Shown: positions 18,036-27,980 of the stretch, one piece after another | Layout: every line of letters begins with the position of its first letter | How positions within the stretch are numbered: position 1 is the first letter of the stretch | Assembly: GCA_032654565.1 (NCBI GenBank) | Contig: JAULAX010000015.1 | Location: forward strand, 608,001 to 672,000 | Length of the DNA: 64,000 bases | Source of the DNA: Anaeromyxobacteraceae bacterium | GTDB lineage: Bacteria > Myxococcota > Myxococcia > Myxococcales > Anaeromyxobacteraceae | Direction of reading: 5' to 3' | The notes under the pieces: generated by a model | Told to the model about the DNA's origin: nothing | What the model saw: the letters and a program-made list of their open reading frames with translations, nothing else | The model's database searches: none | Translations under genes and position numbers: made by a program

Positions 18036-18237
18036 GGACGGCATTATCCTGCGGGCCGAGAGGAACCCTGATGACGGGGCGTGATGCTGACCCATGTCAC
18101 TCTGGGTGTCCTGTCACGAGGGCAGGATTGAGCACCACCCGGGTGACAGGGTTGAGCACGACCTTCGACTCGTAGCCCTGCGTAAACAGAGCCCCGGCCC
18201 CGCCGCCTTTGAGCTGGCATCGGCGCGACGTGCAGCG

Positions 18238-18297
18238 CGCCAACTGCCCGACCCCTCTCCCCCGACCACCTGGGGGAAAGGGGTCGGGCAGTTGGCG
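18238..18297. repeat. 26-bp inverted repeat (1 mismatch) with 8-nt loop
   Basis: cgccaactgcccgacccctctccccc / gggggaaaggggtcgggcagttggcg. Confidence 0.9.
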
Positions 18298-18588
18298 TTC
18301 GAGGGGGAACAGAGAGGCAGATGGCGGTGGGGCAGGGCATCAGTTGAAGTCCAGGACCAGTGGGGATCCAGTCAGGCAGTCAGGGGGCAATCATCCATTT
18401 TCAGAAACCAAGAAGAGACAGTTTGCGATGGCGAAGACGAGGCGAAGGAGGGGCGGCAACCGAAAGGCGGCGAGGCGGAAGGCGGAGGCGAGCAGCGACG
18501 GTGGACAGGGGACCGGGACCGAGAGGGCGGTCCAGTTGGGTAGGGGCCTGAAAGTCGGTGAGGCGCTGGATAGACATCACAAGTACAT

Positions 18589-18915
18589 ATGACTGACCGA
18601 AAGCCGCCGCAGCCAGACCCGTTCTCGAACACCGAGAAGCTGATGCAGACCTTCCGGATGCCGCGCGAGCTGGTGGCCTTCCTGAGGGGCGAGGCGACGC
18701 GGCGCGGCATGGACCTCACGGCCTACGTCACCAAGGTTCTCGACGGCCTGCGGACCTACTACGGCCTGCCGGGCCCGGCGGTGAAGGCCCTCGACGAGGA
18801 CCGCGAGGCGCTCGGCATGGACCGGGCCGAGTACCTCCTCAACATCCTTTACGAGCGCAGCATCCTGGTGCGCGACAAGGGGCCTGGCTTCGACGCCAAG
18901 CGGTCCAAGAGGTAG
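18589..18915 (+). CDS. RHH-like DNA-binding protein upstream of xis-int
   Basis: MQTFRMPRELVAFLRGEATRRGMDLTAYV and a second similar helix pair ALGMDRAEYL; high-GC codon usage. Confidence 0.7.
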   Translation: MTDRKPPQPDPFSNTEKLMQTFRMPRELVAFLRGEATRRGMDLTAYVTKVLDGLRTYYGLPGPAVKALDEDREALGMDRAEYLLNILYERSILVRDKGPGFDAKRSKR

Positions 18916-18920
18916 CGGCC

Positions 18921-19133
18921 ATGGACTCAGCGCAAGACCTCACCGGGACGCTCTGGGACGCGCGAGACGTGGCTCGCTACCTCAAGGTGAGCCGCTCCTG
19001 GGTCTACCAGTAGGCCGAGGCCGGGCTGCTCCCCTATCTCAAGGTCGGCGGCCTCGTCCGGTTCGTGCCGGAACGGATCCGCCAGTTCGCGCTGGCCACG
19101 GCCGGCGGGCCGGGGGCAGCGCTCCGGCGGTGA
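18921..19133 (+). pseudogene. xis: Excisionase (HTH_17) with in-frame amber stop at codon 31
   Basis: MDSAQDLTGTLWDARDVARYLKVSRSWVYQ*AEAGLLPYLKVGGLVRFVPERIRQFA...; TAG at 19011-19013. Confidence 0.88.
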
Positions 19134-19154
19134 AGGGAAGAAGGCAGGTGCAGC

Positions 19155-20471
19155 ATGGCGGCTCCGTACCTGAAGGACGGCAAGTGGTACCTGCGGTGGA
19201 AGGACGAGAGCGGCCGGTGGCGCGGCAAGGCCTCGACGGCCCGGACCAGGACCGAGGCCAAGCGGCTCCAGGCTGAGCTGGAGCGCCGGGTCGAGCGGGT
19301 CCGGCTCGGCGTCGAGGTGGCGCTCCCAGAGGACGGCGGCGGCTCGCTGGCGTCGCTCCTGCAGTGGTGGCTCGACACCTACTCGAAGCCGAGCGCGGCC
19401 CACGCCACCAACGTCAGCACCATCCGGAAGCACTTCTTCGGGTCCGACCTGGCCACGCTCCCGCTCACCGCCGTCACCTCCGGCCGCATCGAGGCCTTCC
19501 TGCAGGCCAAGAGCGTGGAGGTCTCGCCGCAGACCCTGAACCACCTGCGCGGCTACCTCTCTCGCGCCTTCAACACGGCGCGCCGGGCCGACCGCTACCC
19601 GGGGCCGAACCCGGCCCAGGACGTGAGGAAGCGCAAGGTGCCGAAGCGGCAGCCGGACTACCTCCACACGCACGAGGTGCCGCTGCTGCTCCGCGAGCTC
19701 GACCCGCGCTGGCGCCCCATCTTCGCGGCGGCGCTCTACACCGGGCTCCGCAAGGGAGAGCTGCTGGCGCTCCGCAAGTCGGACGTGGACCTTCTGCGCC
19801 AGACGCTGATGGTGGCCCGTTCCCACGAGCGGGACACCACCAAGGGCGGCCGCGCCGAGTCGATCCCGGTCGCCACCGAGCTGGTGCCCTTCCTGCGCAT
19901 CGCCATCGCCGCCTCGCCGTCGGAGCTGGTCTTCCCGAAGCCGGACGGCACGATGATGCGGCGGGACGTGAACCTGGAGATGACGCTGCGGCGCGCACTC
20001 GGCCGCGCCGGCGTGGTCGAGGGTTACAAGCACGTCTGCCGGCGACAGGGCTGCGGCCACGTGGAGCCGGCGCAGGACCAGGCGCAGCGCCGGTGCCCCA
20101 AGGACAACCACAAGCTCTGGGTGAAGCCGGTGGTGCGGCCGATCCGGTTCCACGACCTGCGCCACTCGACGGCCAGCCTGCTCATGATGAACGGCGCCAA
20201 CCCGGCCGCGGTGCAGCGCATCCTGCGCCACAGCGACCCGAAGCTGACCACCGAGGTCTACGGCCACCTCGCGCCGGAGTACCTGCTCGCGGAGGTGGAC
20301 CGGCTCTCGTTTGGCCCCGCGGTGACCAGGTTTGCTACGCCCTTGCTACGGAGCGCGCCGGGCCCACGAAAAAAGGCCGGAACCCGGAGCGCGAAAGCCC
20401 AGGAGTTCCGGCCGTTAGGATTGGAGCGGGAAACCGGATTCGAACCGGCGACCCTCAGCTTGGGAAGCTGA
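19155..20471 (+). CDS. int: Tyrosine integrase spanning the att core; stop codon lies antisense inside the tRNA
   Basis: TGLRKGEL, TTK, FHDLRHS, LRHSD, EVYGH catalytic motifs; Cys-rich insertion CRRQGC...CPKD. Confidence 0.96.
   Translation: MAAPYLKDGKWYLRWKDESGRWRGKASTARTRTEAKRLQAELERRVERVRLGVEVALPEDGGGSLASLLQWWLDTYSKPSAAHATNVSTIRKHFFGSDLATLPLTAVTSGRIEAFLQAKSVEVSPQTLNHLRGYLSRAFNTARRADRYPGPNPAQDVRKRKVPKRQPDYLHTHEVPLLLRELDPRWRPIFAAALYTGLRKGELLALRKSDVDLLRQTLMVARSHERDTTKGGRAESIPVATELVPFLRIAIAASPSELVFPKPDGTMMRRDVNLEMTLRRALGRAGVVEGYKHVCRRQGCGHVEPAQDQAQRRCPKDNHKLWVKPVVRPIRFHDLRHSTASLLMMNGANPAAVQRILRHSDPKLTTEVYGHLAPEYLLAEVDRLSFGPAVTRFATPLLRSAPGPRKKAGTRSAKAQEFRPLGLERETGFEPATLSLGS
20331..20350 (+). 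repeat. Putative integrase arm-type site tttgctacgcccttgctacg, copy 2
   Basis: Identical to 2254-2273. Confidence 0.7.
20420..20466. repeat. Right attachment site (47 bp)
   Basis: Identical to 2091-2137; runs from the CCA end through the anticodon loop. Confidence 0.97.
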
Positions 20472-20497
20472 TGCTCTACCAACTGAGCTATTCCCGC
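20422..20497 (-). tRNA. tRNA-Gly (anticodon CCC)
   Basis: GCGGGAATAGCTCAGTTGGTAGAGCATCAGCTTCCCAAGCTGAGGGTCGCCGGTTCGAATCCGGTTTCCCGCTCCA, 76 nt, cloverleaf with encoded CCA. Confidence 0.98.
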
Positions 20498-20566
20498 GTC
20501 GGGCGACAGATCTGCCTCGATACCGGGGGGCGAGTCAAGGAGTTCGGGCCGCGCTAGACTCGCGGC

Positions 20567-21259
20567 GTGACCGACCAGGAACGCGACATCGCCGAGGGGC
20601 TGGCCGAGCTGCACGCCCGCTGGAACGACCGGATCGCCGCCACCCCGGCCCGCACCGACCCGAAGCCGCAGGGGGACGGCGGCCCCAACCGCCACGGCAT
20701 GCCGGTCGAGCCGCCCGGCCAGAACGTCTTCGAGCAGGCCGAGTGGCCGGTGCTCGACATCGGCCAGACCCCGGCCATCGAGCCGGCCCGCTGGAGGCTC
20801 ACCATCGACGGCGCCGTGGCCCGGCCGCAGGCACTCGGCTGGGACCAGTTCCAGGCCCTGCCGCAGGTGGACGACCTGCAGGACTTCCACTGCGTCACCG
20901 GCTGGTCGATCCTCGACATGAGGTTCCGCGGCGTCCGCTTCGAGACCCTGGCGGCGCTGGCCCGGCCGACCGCCGAGGCCACCCACGTCATGTGCCACGC
21001 CGCCGACGGCTACTCCACCAACCTGCCGCTCGAGGAGGCGCTCAAGCCGGACGTGCTGCTGGTCCACGCCCTCGGCGGCCAGCCGCTGGCCGTCGACCAC
21101 GGGGGGCCGGTGCGCATGGTGGTGCCGGAGCTCTGGGCCTGGAAGGGCGCCAAGTGGATCAACCGGCTGGAGTTCCTCACCCACGACCGGCGCGGCTACT
21201 GGGAGATCCGCGGCTACAGCAACACCGCGCACCCGTGGCGCGACGACCGGATGTGGTGA
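20567..21259 (+). CDS. Molybdopterin-dependent oxidoreductase (sulfite oxidase-like)
   Basis: DFHCVTGWS, GYSTNLPL, HGGPVRMVVP..WAWKGAKW, GYWE.RGY. Confidence 0.9.
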   Translation: MTDQERDIAEGLAELHARWNDRIAATPARTDPKPQGDGGPNRHGMPVEPPGQNVFEQAEWPVLDIGQTPAIEPARWRLTIDGAVARPQALGWDQFQALPQVDDLQDFHCVTGWSILDMRFRGVRFETLAALARPTAEATHVMCHAADGYSTNLPLEEALKPDVLLVHALGGQPLAVDHGGPVRMVVPELWAWKGAKWINRLEFLTHDRRGYWEIRGYSNTAHPWRDDRMW

Positions 21260-21290
21260 TGGGGAGGCGCCGCGTCGGCGGCGCCGGGCG

Positions 21291-21674
21291 TCACTTCTTC
21301 TTGGCGAAGGCCCGGAAGAAGCCAGCCAGCTCCTTCGACGCCGCCTTGAAGTCGATGGTCTCGGGAACGTCGTCGACGTCCTCGCCCTCGACCCACAGCC
21401 CGCCGCAGGACTCGCAGGTGTCGTAGTGGAGCGAGAGCTTCTCCCCGCCCTCCACCACCACCAGGTCCACGTTGCAGGCCGGGCAGGTGCCCGCCAGCTC
21501 GTCGACGTTGATCTGGCCGCCGATGGCGGTCAGCGCCGGGAGGTTGGAGTGCAGCAGGATCTTGGTCAGGTCCGAACCGTCGACCCAGAGGCCACCACAC
21601 TCGGCGCACCGGTTGACGGAGCTGTCCTCCTGCGTGATGGCGGCGAGTTCAACGCTGCACCGAGGGCAATCCAT
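21291..21674 (-). CDS. Tandem zf-TFIIB zinc-ribbon protein
   Basis: CPRC...CAECGGLW and CPAC...CESCGGLW. Confidence 0.85.
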   Translation of the reverse strand: MDCPRCSVELAAITQEDSSVNRCAECGGLWVDGSDLTKILLHSNLPALTAIGGQINVDELAGTCPACNVDLVVVEGGEKLSLHYDTCESCGGLWVEGEDVDDVPETIDFKAASKELAGFFRAFAKKK

Positions 21675-21793
21675 GACGTGTCAGGTCCTCCTTCGGGACC
21701 GTGGGGCGCTGCGAATCAATGAGTGATGGGGTTCAAGCGTGAGCCGGGAGAGGCGCGTATGGCGGGAACCTTAGTCGAACTGGGCGGCGGCGA

Positions 21794-22449
21794 TCAACGT
21801 CCATGCGGGCCGGCCTCGCCGACGGCGAGGCGCAGCGCGTCGATCAGCCGCCGCAGCCGCTCGGCGTGGAGCTTCAGGGCCACCCGGTTGACGATGAGCC
21901 GGGCGCTCACCGCCAGCACCTCCTCGGCCACCACCAGGCCGTTGGCCTTGAGGGTCTCGCCGGTCTCGGTGATGTCGACGATGCCGTCGGCCAGCCCCAG
22001 CGACGGGGCCACCTCGATGGAGCCGTGCAGGTGGATGATCTCGGCGGGCAGCCCCTTGGCGGCGAAGTGGCGGCTGGCCAGGTTGGTGTACTTGGTGGCG
22101 ATGCGCGGGGCCACGCCCTTGGGGAGCGGCTTCATGCCGCGGGGCCAGGCCACGATCACGGCGCAGCGGCCGATGCCGAGGTCGAGCGGCTCGTAGAGGT
22201 CGCGCGGCTCCTCGCGCAGCACGTCCAGGCCGGCCACCCCCACCGAGGCGGCGCCGTGCTCCACGTAGCTGGCCACGTCGGCGGCGCGGATGGAGATGAA
22301 GCGCAGGCCGGCCTCGGGGGCGTCGGCGTGGAGCCGGCGGGTGCCGGAGAGCAGGGCCTTGGGCGAGACCCCCACCGCCCGCTCGAAGAGCAGCGAGGCC
22401 TCGTCGAGGAGCCGCCCCTTGGGCACCGCCACCGTGAGCAGGTCGGTCG

Positions 22450-22453
<4 letters not shown>
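21794..22453 (-). CDS. hisG: ATP phosphoribosyltransferase, short form
   Basis: [42 protein letters not shown]. Confidence 0.96.
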
Positions 22454-23715
<1,262 letters not shown>

Positions 23716-23759
23716 GGTGTCGTTCGGTGCGCCCAGGCGACGGCCCGGCGCCGGGGATA

Positions 23760-24626
23760 CTACGCGGCCGGGGCGGCGGCCGCCATCCGCGCCAGGGTGA
23801 GCCGGGGGAGCCCGGAGAGATCGCGCCGGGGCTCGGCGCTGGCGAACCCGGCGGCCCGGCAGAGGGCCGGCAGGGACTCGAGGTGCGACTCGTGCATCTC
23901 CAGCAGCAGGGTGCCGCCGGGGGCGAGCCGGGCCGGGGCCCCGGCCACCACCCGCCGCAGCACGGCGAGCCCGTCGGCGCCGCCGTCGAGCGCCAGCCGC
24001 GGCTCGCGCAGCACCTCGCGCTGCAGGCCGGCCAGCTCGCCGGAGGGGACGTAGGGGGGGTTGGAGACGATCAGGTCGAAGCGGACGCCGGGCGGCAGCG
24101 GCGCGTAGAGGTCGCCGCAGAGGAAGGCGACCTCGGCGCCGAGCGCGGCGGCGTTGGCGCTGGCCACCTCGAGCGCCTCGGGGGAGAGGTCGACGGCGGT
24201 GACCGCGGCGCCGGGGCGCCCCAGCTTGAGCGCGAGGGCCAGCGCCCCCGACCCGGTGCCGAGGTCGAGCGCCGCCCCGCCGTCGCCCAGCGCGGCCAGC
24301 CCCAGCTCGACCAGCTGCTCGGTCTCGGGGCGGGGGATGAGCACCCGGGCGTCGACCGCCAGCCGGTGGCCGAAGAACTCGCGGGCCCCGGTCAGGTAGG
24401 CGGTCGGCTCGCCGCCGGCGCGCCGCTTCACCAGGTCGCGGTAGCGCCCCAGCTCCGGGTCGCCCAGCGGCTTGTCGAAGTCGAGGTAGAGCCGCACCCG
24501 GTCGCAGCCCAGGGCGTGGGCCAGCAGCAGCTCGGCGGTGAGCCGCGGCGCGTCCACGCCCTTGCCGGCGAAGAACCCCTGCGTCCAGGCCAGCAGCTTG
24601 AGCGGCGTCCAGGCGTCGTCGGCCAC
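23760..24626 (-). CDS. prmC: Release factor glutamine methyltransferase
   Basis: [29 protein letters not shown]; downstream of prfA. Confidence 0.96.
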   Translation of the reverse strand: MADDAWTPLKLLAWTQGFFAGKGVDAPRLTAELLLAHALGCDRVRLYLDFDKPLGDPELGRYRDLVKRRAGGEPTAYLTGAREFFGHRLAVDARVLIPRPETEQLVELGLAALGDGGAALDLGTGSGALALALKLGRPGAAVTAVDLSPEALEVASANAAALGAEVAFLCGDLYAPLPPGVRFDLIVSNPPYVPSGELAGLQREVLREPRLALDGGADGLAVLRRVVAGAPARLAPGGTLLLEMHESHLESLPALCRAAGFASAEPRRDLSGLPRLTLARMAAAAPAA

Positions 24627-24655
24627 TCAGGGCACCCGTGAGCCGACCAGGCGGG

Positions 24656-25783
<1,128 letters not shown>

Positions 25784-25838
25784 GGGAGGGCCTGTTTACC
25801 CTCGTCCGGCCGGCCCGGGCAAGCCGGAGGCGGGGGCG

Positions 25839-26702
25839 CTACCGCCCCAGCCACAGGTCGCCGAGCGCGCAGGCGGCGAAGGCCACCGAGGCGAAGGCGT
25901 TGTAGTCGAAGAAGGCGACGTTGAGCCGGTCCGGCCGCAAGACCCCGCCGGGCGCCACGTGGCGGTGCTCGAGCAGCAGCACGCCCCCCAGCACCGCGCT
26001 CCCCAGCAGCCAGAGCGGGCCGCGCCCGGCCAGCGGCCCGGCGGCGGTCACCGCCACCACCGCCAGCAGGTGCAGCCCGCGCGCCCAGCGCAGCGCCCCG
26101 GCCACGCCGAAGCGGGCCGGGATGGAGTGGAGCCCGGCCCCGCGGTCGAAGTCGACGTCCTGCAGCGACCAGAACAGGTCGAAGCCGGCGATCCAGGCCC
26201 CCACCCCGAGGCCGAGCACGATGGAGGCGGCCGGCGCCGCCCCGGTGAGGGCGATGGCCACGCCGATGGGGGCGAGCATCTGGGCCACGCCCAGCCAGAG
26301 GTGGCAGGCCCAGGTGAAGCGCTTGGCGAAGGAGTAGCCGAGCAGGACGCCGAGCACCGGGGCGGCCAGCCAGCCGGTCAGCGGCGAGATCAGCGCGGCG
26401 CCGAGGACGAAGGCGCCGCCCGACCCGAGCAGCAGCGCCCAGGCGGCCAGCGGCGAGACCTCGCCGGTCACCAGCTCGCGCTTCGCGGTGCGCGGGTTCA
26501 TGGCGTCGAAGCGCCGGTCGGCGATCCGGTTCATGGCCATGGCGGCGGTGCGGGCCGCCACCACGCAGAGGGCCACCAGGCCGAGCCGGACGGCGTCGAG
26601 CCGGGCGTCGCGGGCCACCAGCACCACCGCGGCGGCGGCGAAGGGGAGGGCGAAGAGCGAGTGCGACAGCCTCACCATGCGGGCCAGGGCGGCGACGGTC
26701 AC
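25839..26702 (-). CDS. UbiA-family prenyltransferase of the futalosine pathway (MqnP-like)
   Basis: HSLFALPF, AARTAAMAMNRIADR.FD..NPRT, QDVDFDR; GTGA overlap with the upstream gene. Confidence 0.9.
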   Translation of the reverse strand: MTVAALARMVRLSHSLFALPFAAAAVVLVARDARLDAVRLGLVALCVVAARTAAMAMNRIADRRFDAMNPRTAKRELVTGEVSPLAAWALLLGSGGAFVLGAALISPLTGWLAAPVLGVLLGYSFAKRFTWACHLWLGVAQMLAPIGVAIALTGAAPAASIVLGLGVGAWIAGFDLFWSLQDVDFDRGAGLHSIPARFGVAGALRWARGLHLLAVVAVTAAGPLAGRGPLWLLGSAVLGGVLLLEHRHVAPGGVLRPDRLNVAFFDYNAFASVAFAACALGDLWLGR

Positions 26703-27919
26703 GGGACCTCCGGGCGGTGGCGGGCCAGCCACTCGACGCGGCGGCCGAGCGGCCCATCGCCGGTGACCAGGAAGCGGAAGGGGTCGCTGACGGTGGCGCC
26801 GTCGAGGGGCGCCGCCAGCAGCCCCGGCACGGTGTTGGGGGCGAGCCGGCCGACGGTGGGGGCGCCGACCGCGGCGCCGTTCCAGGCCAGCGGCAGCAGG
26901 TCGGCGGCGAGGACCTCCGGGAAGGCGGCGTGGAGCGCGGCCAGCTCGGCCAGCGGCGCCAGCGACGGGGAGGAGGCGAGCGAGTCGGTCCCGATGGCCA
27001 GCGGGACGCCGGCGGCCAGCAGCCGCGCCAGCGGCGGGAGGGAACCACCGATGTGCCTGTTGGATCGCGGGCACAGCACGGCGGTGGCGCCGCAGGCGGC
27101 CAGCGCCAGGAGGTCGTCGTCGTCGAGATCGACGAGGTGCACGGCCAGCCAGCCGGCCCCGAGGTGCGGCGCCGCCAGGGCCACCGCCGAGCGGGCCCAG
27201 CCCGGCTGCCCGGGCGGTCCGCCCATGCGGGCGCGCAGCGCCGCGAAGGGACCCTCCCCGGTGGCGACGAACTGCCGCTCGGCGGGATCCTCGGCGAGGT
27301 GGAGCGAGGCAGGCGGGCCGGAGAGCAGCTCGAGCAGGCCGGCCGGGGCGGTGGAGTAGACGGCGTGCGGGCTCTCCACCACGCGCAGGCCGGGCGCCGG
27401 GGGCGCGGCGGCGCGGCGGGTGCGGGCGGCCTCGCGGGCGGCGGCGAGCCGCTCCGGGGCGGCGCCGAAGACCTCGTGGAAGATGGTGCCGGAGAGCCCG
27501 GCGGCGGCGAGCGGCGCGAGCGAGTCGAGCGTGTTGGAGACGTCACCCACCGCGGCCACGCCGGCCTCGCCGAGCTGGGCGGCGGCGCGCGCCATGGCCG
27601 GGGCGGCCTGGGCGGCGTCGGCGGCGACGCGGGCCTTCACGAAGGTCTCGATCCAGGCCGGCAGGCCGGCGCCGCCGGGGACCGCGCCGGCCAGGTGGGA
27701 GAGCTCGAGGTGGAGGTGGGCGTTCACCAGCGCCGGCAGCAGCACGGCGTCGTGCCGCTCGGGAGGGCCGAAGCGGGCGGAGAGCGCGGCCACCGCCCCG
27801 ACCGCCACCACCACGTCGCCGTCGAGCGCCACCGCCCCGTCGCGCAGCGCCGCCGGCTCCGCCCCGGCGACGGCCGGCGCCCCGAGGAGCACCCAGGGGG
27901 CGGAGAGGAGTCGGGTCAC
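26699..27919 (-). CDS. Amidohydrolase, probable aminofutalosine deaminase
   Basis: NAHLHLELS, PHAVYS, HLAE, CPRSN, GTDSLAS; located inside the mqn cluster. Confidence 0.8.
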   Translation of the reverse strand: MTRLLSAPWVLLGAPAVAGAEPAALRDGAVALDGDVVVAVGAVAALSARFGPPERHDAVLLPALVNAHLHLELSHLAGAVPGGAGLPAWIETFVKARVAADAAQAAPAMARAAAQLGEAGVAAVGDVSNTLDSLAPLAAAGLSGTIFHEVFGAAPERLAAAREAARTRRAAAPPAPGLRVVESPHAVYSTAPAGLLELLSGPPASLHLAEDPAERQFVATGEGPFAALRARMGGPPGQPGWARSAVALAAPHLGAGWLAVHLVDLDDDDLLALAACGATAVLCPRSNRHIGGSLPPLARLLAAGVPLAIGTDSLASSPSLAPLAELAALHAAFPEVLAADLLPLAWNGAAVGAPTVGRLAPNTVPGLLAAPLDGATVSDPFRFLVTGDGPLGRRVEWLARHRPEVP

Positions 27920-27980
27920 GGGTGCGCCGCCCCGGGCGAGGCGACGTGGCGCCAGGCGCCGCCAGGGTGTCCGGCGCGGG

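Larger units (their letters stand above)
2091..20466. mobile_element. Integrative genomic island (~18.3 kb) inserted in tRNA-Gly(CCC)
   Basis: Flanking 47-bp direct repeats, tyrosine integrase and xis next to the tRNA, lower-GC cargo; no phage structural or conjugation genes seen. Confidence 0.93.

Noticed and set aside
19011..19013. Programmed amber readthrough or pyrrolysine in xis
   Set aside because: No pyl genes or other in-frame TAG cases seen; a nonsense mutation is simpler
2091..20466. Intact prophage or ICE
   Set aside because: No capsid, terminase, tail, relaxase or T4SS genes
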